64,000 nt of DNA from a virus: positions 17,523 through 81,522 of the IMG/VR virus record IMGVR_UViG_3300048839_001082, one strand, 5' to 3'. Positions 57,687-64,000 of this stretch are shown one piece after another. The position numbers and the translations under genes are program-made. Below the pieces are notes generated by a model, which ran no database searches, was not told where the DNA came from, and worked only from the letters and a program-made list of their open reading frames with translations. The number at the start of each line of letters is the position of its first letter. Position 1 is the stretch's first letter.

Positions 57687-59144
57687 ATGCCGACGATAGT
57701 GACGCGAGAAACGGGCGTTACTTCCAAAGACGCTCCTCTGACTAATGCTGAAGTTGACGCTAACTTTATTAACCTTAACAATGCCATTAATGCTCTATCA
57801 AAGCTGAGCCAACCTTCCGGACAACTTATTGTTGCGCTGGGCGATAGTTTGCAAGGGAATGCAGTAGGTATGGGCAGCTATGGATTTGCAACTTATTCAA
57901 AATCTGGCTTAAATTGGGGTTGCGCTTTATTAAAACAGGCAATATGGATGCCGGTTGGGATTACACCTGCTTATACATCAGGTCCCCCTGATTTAATTAA
58001 TTATTGTTTGGCAGTATCAGGTGCAACCTCTCAAGACGTTATCGATAACCAAATACCATTAGCTCAAGCATTAAAAGCAAGTTGGTGGTCTGTACAATGT
58101 GGTACAAATGATTTGACACTATTAGCCGGGTCGACCGTTGCGCAAGTTACGGCCCGCCTACAAACGATATGTGAGACCGGCCTTTTGTCTGGGTTAAAAA
58201 TCGCACTATGGACCATTGTTCCCCGTAATGATGCACAATGGACAGCGTTTGAATCTAGTATCACCAGCGCTGGATCTACTATTGCCAAGCAAAAACTAAA
58301 GCAAATGGCTATCAACAATTGGATTAGACGGTATGCACAAGAGACACCGAATATCGTCTTAATCGATCCTTATGAAGAATTGGTAAATCCCGCTAGTTCT
58401 ACGGGTAATTGGTTGGCCGCGTATTCATCTGATGGCGTTCATTGGAATAACACAGGTGCATTTGTTGCTGGGCAAATATTCGCTTCTGCAATGCGCCCAT
58501 TCATCAAACCTATTAACGTAAGCAGTGTAAGTCAATTAGATATTTATAATGCAACTGATAATGTAACCGGTGATTTTGCTATTAACAAGGGAATGCAAGG
58601 TTCTGTTTCCGCATCCGGGCTTGGGATGAGTGGAACATGGCCTACGAATTGGACTGTAGATAATGATGGAACAGCTGATTGTGTCGCCACAACACAAGCC
58701 AGATCTGATACACTCTCGGCCGGGGTTCCTGCAAATGGTCGTGAATTGGAAATTGCAATTTCATCGGTAATTGGCAATTCGACAATTCGTGCATATCAAG
58801 CGTCTACTGGTGCTATTATCCCTGCAAATACTCCTTTTTATGCAGAAATAGAAATTTCTGTAATTTCAAATTCAGCAGCATGGAAAGGTCCATGGATACA
58901 GCTTTTTTCGAACGAAGGTTCAGCGGTGTATGCTGCAAGTATGGAAACTGATTCAAATCTTCCATTAGGTGCATTGTTTGATGCGGTCATTCGTACACCG
59001 GTAATGATAAGTACCGGTGTAACAGGCGGATTGATAATCGCTAATCTAAGTTGTATTACTAGCAGCAATGTAACTGTAAAAATCAAGCGCGTTAGTATTC
59101 GTGCTATTAATGTTAATTTGCCAGGTTTAATCATGAGTGTATAA
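57687..59144 (+). CDS. Virion appendage with SGNH/GDSL esterase domain
   Basis: N-terminal LTNAEVDANFINL anchor; blocks LGDSL, AVSG, GTND, DGVH. Confidence 0.8.
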   Translation: MPTIVTRETGVTSKDAPLTNAEVDANFINLNNAINALSKLSQPSGQLIVALGDSLQGNAVGMGSYGFATYSKSGLNWGCALLKQAIWMPVGITPAYTSGPPDLINYCLAVSGATSQDVIDNQIPLAQALKASWWSVQCGTNDLTLLAGSTVAQVTARLQTICETGLLSGLKIALWTIVPRNDAQWTAFESSITSAGSTIAKQKLKQMAINNWIRRYAQETPNIVLIDPYEELVNPASSTGNWLAAYSSDGVHWNNTGAFVAGQIFASAMRPFIKPINVSSVSQLDIYNATDNVTGDFAINKGMQGSVSASGLGMSGTWPTNWTVDNDGTADCVATTQARSDTLSAGVPANGRELEIAISSVIGNSTIRAYQASTGAIIPANTPFYAEIEISVISNSAAWKGPWIQLFSNEGSAVYAASMETDSNLPLGALFDAVIRTPVMISTGVTGGLIIANLSCITSSNVTVKIKRVSIRAINVNLPGLIMSV

Positions 59145-59147
59145 ATT

Positions 59148-61088
59148 ATGGTGAATATTATAACAAGATCAGTCGGTACGACTGCTAAAGGTAGCCCACT
59201 CACAAATGTTGAGCTTGATAATAACTTTATCAATCTGAAAAATGCTATTGAGTCTGGATTAAGTACAACTCAAATAAATGCTGCTGTAGCACTATTGAAT
59301 GGTAATTTCTCTGGTATTACTCCAGCAGATTTGGAATTCTCTAATTCAAAACTACGTGGAATGAGCGTTGATGATGTCGGTGCTGTTCCTCGTGATCAGA
59401 ATTATTGGGATTTGTTTAGTCGTTTTAATGCAAATGTGGTGCGTACATTTATAAGACCGAATGCAGTTTCTTTTGGTTCAGCTTATACGCTGTTAAGTTC
59501 GCACTATGCCAGTATGGACACGGATATTGCGGCCGCTTGGGCCATTGGGATTAAAACCATTATTGCCGTTCAATCAACAACGGCTTCCAGTATTCTGGAT
59601 GCTCAAAGCCACGACTTCCTGACGAGTGCCGCTGCCAAAACACAATATGCAAATTTTATAGGCAGTCTTGGCCAGCGTTATGCAGGGGATGAGCGTATCG
59701 CGGCTATTGACATAATTAATGAACCTTTTGATGCAACAGTGGGTGTTACTCAAATCGGTTCCGACAATATTATGGCCTTGCAAGAGGAATGCATTGCCGC
59801 AATTCGTTTGCACGATCTAAATAGAATATGTATTGTTGAGTGTACGGGTCATGATTCACCAGTCGGGTTTACTTTCTTAAAACCGGTTGCTGACAAAAAT
59901 GTGGTGTATTCTGTTCATGTGTATCAACCATTTGGTGTCACGCACAGTAATGTGACAGCTCCTCTTTATACAGGATTATGGCCCACAGCAACACCTGTTG
60001 ATGGTGGTTTTTCTTGGCTGAATGCTCAAATAGGAAATCGTGAACGCTTAAAACAAGAATTGAAGCCAGTTATTGATTTTCAGAACAGATATGGCGTGAA
60101 TATTTTTGTTGGAGAGTTTTCATGCTCTCGCATGACGCATCATACGGTTGCTCCCGCTTATGTCGAAGATGCTATTAATGTATTTGAAGAATTGGGTTGG
60201 AGTTGGAACTATCATTCATTTGGATTTCCATCAGTGCCTTGGGGACCCTTTGAAATGCCCTTTAGTAGTGCTTTAATTTCTTATAATAATACAGTTACAT
60301 CAGGCACTGTGGCGTTAAATACGACGACAGGTAATCCAGGAAATAGCTCCAGAACTCCGATTGCTCCTATCTCTTCAGCATTTTCCAAAAACAAGTTGCA
60401 CAGAAATGCACCGGTACCGCCACAGGTGGCATTTTTCGCCGGCGAAGATTTTGAGTTAGCTTCATCAGGCCGTTCTTGGACAAGTCTTAATGGCGTTACT
60501 GGCGCTGGTGTTGTCAATACTGCTGCCACCTCTTTCCCGAAAAGCGGTACGAAGCACGCGCTGTTCACTCACGCAGATACGGGAGATGCCGCAGCGGCTT
60601 CTATCCTGATGTCTGATCAAGTAGGTGCTCAAGGTGAAGGTGAATTATTCTTAAGTTTTGATGTCCGTTTGGGAGCCACCATCACATCCAGTAAAACACT
60701 TCAACTACTTCAGGCTTTCGGAGAAGGCGGCTCAAACCCTTACCTTACGCTTGCCAATGTGCCCGGTACTAACACGTGGCAATTGGACGTTTGGAAAGGT
60801 AGTGGAGACTATGGTGCTAGACAATTTTATCTAGTAAATGGATTGAGTCTTCCTGTGGGTGTTTACACACGACTTAAGCTGGCATGGATTGCAGATCAAT
60901 ACATAGGCAGAATACGTGTGTGGCAAGATAACATTCTTCTGGTTGATATAAATACCACACCAACGATCACCAATAACGCCACTGATGGCTTGTGGCGTCC
61001 TCAATTGGGTTTATTAAACAGTAATCAACGCTTACAGAATTTGGCGTTTGATAATATTTTGTTCAGTCGTGGTAGCGACATTTGTTAA
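59148..61088 (+). CDS. Virion appendage with GH5 glycoside hydrolase and C-terminal beta-sandwich
   Basis: Same anchor LTNVELDNNFINL; IINEP acid/base, YSVHVY, FVGEF nucleophile. Confidence 0.8.
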   Translation: MVNIITRSVGTTAKGSPLTNVELDNNFINLKNAIESGLSTTQINAAVALLNGNFSGITPADLEFSNSKLRGMSVDDVGAVPRDQNYWDLFSRFNANVVRTFIRPNAVSFGSAYTLLSSHYASMDTDIAAAWAIGIKTIIAVQSTTASSILDAQSHDFLTSAAAKTQYANFIGSLGQRYAGDERIAAIDIINEPFDATVGVTQIGSDNIMALQEECIAAIRLHDLNRICIVECTGHDSPVGFTFLKPVADKNVVYSVHVYQPFGVTHSNVTAPLYTGLWPTATPVDGGFSWLNAQIGNRERLKQELKPVIDFQNRYGVNIFVGEFSCSRMTHHTVAPAYVEDAINVFEELGWSWNYHSFGFPSVPWGPFEMPFSSALISYNNTVTSGTVALNTTTGNPGNSSRTPIAPISSAFSKNKLHRNAPVPPQVAFFAGEDFELASSGRSWTSLNGVTGAGVVNTAATSFPKSGTKHALFTHADTGDAAAASILMSDQVGAQGEGELFLSFDVRLGATITSSKTLQLLQAFGEGGSNPYLTLANVPGTNTWQLDVWKGSGDYGARQFYLVNGLSLPVGVYTRLKLAWIADQYIGRIRVWQDNILLVDINTTPTITNNATDGLWRPQLGLLNSNQRLQNLAFDNILFSRGSDIC

Positions 61089-61097
61089 GGAATAAAA

Positions 61098-61304
61098 ATG
61101 GATATTAAAATCAATGAAGTAACAATTACCCCGACTTCTAATATAATTTCCGCTATTACAAACCCTGCAGATCAAATCCCCGAGAATTGGGACATTGTGC
61201 CCAGTGATAAAAATGAAATGTGGTTCGTATATAATAATAAAGCCACGGGTTCTCATTTCGAAGGACCAAAGAGAGAATTTATGTCCATTTACATGAAAGG
61301 TTAA
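61098..61304 (+). CDS. Small hypothetical protein
   Basis: AAGGA RBS. Confidence 0.55.
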   Translation: MDIKINEVTITPTSNIISAITNPADQIPENWDIVPSDKNEMWFVYNNKATGSHFEGPKREFMSIYMKG

Positions 61305-61307
61305 CAC

Positions 61308-61706
61308 GTGGCTAACGTAAAATATCCGAAGTACGCTGAGGCACTGCTTCAGGCGGGCGTCAATTTGAGTTCAGGCACCGTTAAAGCTGCCCTAATCGAT
61401 ACGGGAACTGTTACTTATAACGCCACACATCAATATTACAGTAGTGTTTCCACAGGTGTCATCGGCACACCGGTGGCACTTGCAAGTAAAACATTTACCA
61501 ATGGACTGTTTGATGCAGCCGATTTAGCGTTTTCAGCGGTGACCAGTAATACGGCAGAAGCCTTGATTCTTTATGTTGACACAGGTACTGCGGGCACTTC
61601 TCCATTATTGGTTTGGATGGATACAGGCGTTAGTGGTTTTCCAGTCACTCCGAATGGTGGCGATATTAATCTTACTTGGAATGCTTCAGGCATTTTTCAG
61701 ATTTAA
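61308..61706 (+). CDS. Virion structural protein
   Basis: KAALID...FDAADL...PVTPNGGDINLTWNASGIF. Confidence 0.7.
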   Translation: MANVKYPKYAEALLQAGVNLSSGTVKAALIDTGTVTYNATHQYYSSVSTGVIGTPVALASKTFTNGLFDAADLAFSAVTSNTAEALILYVDTGTAGTSPLLVWMDTGVSGFPVTPNGGDINLTWNASGIFQI

Positions 61707-61755
61707 TTATGATAAGCATCAACGAAACGCGGCCCGCGCCGCTGGGAGATTGAGC

Positions 61756-62229
61756 ATGACACCGGAACAACTGACGACGCTGAAGGCGGCGATTCTGGCG
61801 GAGACGAATGCTGGATTTGTTGAGCTACGCACGCAGGGCGCTACGGGCGCGATGGCGGCGTTCTACAACGAACAAGCGGCGCCAGTTTTCTACATCTGGC
61901 GCAAGAACTACACGCCAGACCTAATCGCAGATGCCATCGACATTGGCATCACGCAGCTTGACGGGTTGACGGCTAGCAAGCGCGATTCGCTGTTGTGGTG
62001 GGCAAATCGTCAGCACGACGCATCGCTGGCAGCGACTCAGGCCGCGATCAATGATCTGTGCGGCAGTCAGAACACGCTCAAGAATGCTGTGCTTGATGGC
62101 GGAAAACGCAAGGTGACGCGCGGAGAAAAGCTGTACTCCACCGGCACCGGCTCGCTGGCTTCACCGGGGGCCACCGGCTTTGAGGGCGCGATCAACAACG
62201 GCGACATCGTGGCCGCGCTGGAGGCTTAA
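61756..62229 (+). CDS. Hypothetical protein (GC-rich island)
   Basis: GGAG RBS; MTPEQLTTLKAAI...TGTGSLASP. Confidence 0.65.
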   Translation: MTPEQLTTLKAAILAETNAGFVELRTQGATGAMAAFYNEQAAPVFYIWRKNYTPDLIADAIDIGITQLDGLTASKRDSLLWWANRQHDASLAATQAAINDLCGSQNTLKNAVLDGGKRKVTRGEKLYSTGTGSLASPGATGFEGAINNGDIVAALEA

Positions 62230-62670
62230 ATGGCAACCACAGCAACCTATGCACAAGGCACACGAAGCTCTGCCGTTCTCGCGTTGGGAACGCTTGCAAG
62301 CGCGACCTATGTGACCAGCAGCGCCATTGACCTCGGGGCCACTATCCCGATGGACGTGACTTTCGAGATGGAAGCAAACGCCAACGGCTCGCCAAGCGGA
62401 AACAAGCAGCTGGTGCTGTTCTGCAAGTTCAGCCTTGACGGCACGAACTACGGCAGCGGCCCGGAGAGCGGCACAACGGCGACGGAAGAAGGCGACCTGC
62501 ATTTCATCGGCGCCATGCCGACCGTTGACACGAACGATCACCGCAAGTTCTTTTCGCTGGCTGGGCTGCCGATTGCGCGCTACCTGAAGCTGGTTGTGAA
62601 GAACGACCTGGGCGTTGCACTCACCAGCGGCAACGTCTACAAGTCTGACATCACCATTGTCTCGACATAA
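62230..62670 (+). CDS. Beta-sandwich structural-like protein (GC-rich island)
   Basis: GGAGG RBS; SLDGTNY, KLVVKND. Confidence 0.65.
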   Translation: MATTATYAQGTRSSAVLALGTLASATYVTSSAIDLGATIPMDVTFEMEANANGSPSGNKQLVLFCKFSLDGTNYGSGPESGTTATEEGDLHFIGAMPTVDTNDHRKFFSLAGLPIARYLKLVVKNDLGVALTSGNVYKSDITIVST

Positions 62671-62679
62671 GGCCCCGCC

Positions 62680-63528
62680 GTGCTGATTCTCGAAAGGCCG
62701 TGGACGCGGCAGCCGCAGTTTGCTGCTATCCCGTCTCGGAAATGGCTTGGCAGCGGCATGCGAGCATTATTCCTGCCGCTACCCAATGGCATGATTTATG
62801 AGGCTGTAACGAGGCGCATCCCAGATGCTTTCGTTGCAACCCCTGTAACTCGTCCTAGAGGCACTTATAGCAGGCTGAGTTCATCTGCTGCGACTGCACA
62901 ATTCAATACAGTATTCGGCATGCCGCAAAACGGCATTACGATAGTAGTATTCTGCCGGAACACATCAACATCAGGATTTGATGCCGGCGCAATTCTTAAA
63001 GTTGGCAGTCCAACAACCGGCTACGGAATTGGCGTTGGGTCTGGAGTTGTTGACTCATGGGACACGCCGGCATCAGCGCAGCGCCTGACTGGGCTGTACG
63101 AGGCGGTGGCTTGGAAGTACCCTGGTTCTGTAGTAACAGTTCCATCGACGGGCATTGAATATTACTGCGCCGCGATGCGCATTAGCGCCAACAATACTGG
63201 CGGCATTTACGCCCCTGGCTTGGGTGAAGGAACCTGGGCCGCAAGCACGCCAGTCGCTCCGGCATCCAACACATACATCGGCGGCTACCAATCGGGACGC
63301 TACCCTGAAGAGCATGAATTGCTGGCTGCGGCTTTGTTCTCATCGATCCTGACAAATGCCGACGTGCTTTCGCTTTATAACGATCCCTGGCAGCTATTCC
63401 AGCCCAGCCGCATCTACATCCCGCAAGCCACCGCAGCCGGCTACACCCACCCCACCCTGAGCGTCGCGACCGCGCTCGAAATCAGCGCGACGAGCTTCAA
63501 GCCGAGCGTGACGTACACGTTTTCATAA
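62680..63528 (+). CDS. Concanavalin/LamG-like lectin domain protein
   Basis: PWTRQPQ...TYIGG...LT.ADV.SLY.DPWQLF. Confidence 0.6.
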   Translation: MLILERPWTRQPQFAAIPSRKWLGSGMRALFLPLPNGMIYEAVTRRIPDAFVATPVTRPRGTYSRLSSSAATAQFNTVFGMPQNGITIVVFCRNTSTSGFDAGAILKVGSPTTGYGIGVGSGVVDSWDTPASAQRLTGLYEAVAWKYPGSVVTVPSTGIEYYCAAMRISANNTGGIYAPGLGEGTWAASTPVAPASNTYIGGYQSGRYPEEHELLAAALFSSILTNADVLSLYNDPWQLFQPSRIYIPQATAAGYTHPTLSVATALEISATSFKPSVTYTFS

Positions 63529-63537
63529 GGATGACAT

Positions 63538-64000
63538 ATGAGTCGTACTGCCTACTGGATCGCGCATCCGACAAGTACTTGGGTGGCTGGTACTTTAACC
63601 GGCGAACATGTTCGTTTACGTAAACTTTCAAATGGTACTACGGACGCTAATTTCTTCGGAGATGAGCCGTTCATCGCGACCATCGGCAGTGATACGCTCA
63701 CCGAAAGTGTAGCTGCATCGCCGGCCACAGAAGGTATTGAATATACTGTTGCGTGGGTCATTTATGATCCTGAAGCGACTCCGCAATACAGTAACGTTGA
63801 AATTGGCACCTTCAATACTATTTCAAATACCATAACAGCTTCGTATATTGAATCTAGTTTATTAATTTATGCGCCTTCATTATCATTAGGGGCTGTATCT
63901 TTAACTGCTCCTTTAATTGATTCCACATTTACTATCAATGCTCCTTCATTATCATTAGGGGCTGTATCTTTAACTGCTCCTTTAATTGATTCCACATTTA
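63538..64000 (+). CDS. 3'-partial virion protein with 23-aa (69-bp) tandem repeats
   Basis: AAGGA RBS; open to the window end; repeat units start at 63869 and 63938. Confidence 0.7.
   Translation, partial: MSRTAYWIAHPTSTWVAGTLTGEHVRLRKLSNGTTDANFFGDEPFIATIGSDTLTESVAASPATEGIEYTVAWVIYDPEATPQYSNVEIGTFNTISNTITASYIESSLLIYAPSLSLGAVSLTAPLIDSTFTINAPSLSLGAVSLTAPLIDSTF

Overview
A 64-kb segment of a lytic dsDNA tailed phage genome (AT-rich background, essentially all genes on the + strand). It pairs a long-tail (siphovirus-like) virion module with a T7-like transcription/replication module. Order: partial tape measure protein and tail-tip genes (1-14.8 kb); holin and endolysin; an early-type region of small genes, structured non-coding RNA, tRNAs, an AcrIII-1-like ring nuclease and a mini-prepilin (16.9-22 kb); a single-subunit RNA polymerase split by a group I intron; SSB, family A DNA polymerase, 5'-3' exonuclease, intein-containing primase-helicase, class II ribonucleotide reductase split by a second group I intron, and DNA ligase; accessory genes and tRNAs (41-51.7 kb); terminase; and virion appendage genes carrying SGNH esterase and GH5 domains. 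The most striking item is a tRNA-Leu gene broken at its anticodon arm by a cassette encoding an HNH endonuclease plus a complete replacement tRNA-Leu(UAA) whose G19:C56 elbow pair is reversed; a similar new-tRNA/old-3'-half arrangement occurs at tRNA-Thr. Both introns split the codon of an essential active-site residue. No integrase, CRISPR array or reverse transcriptase was seen. All family calls come from motif recognition by eye, not database searches.
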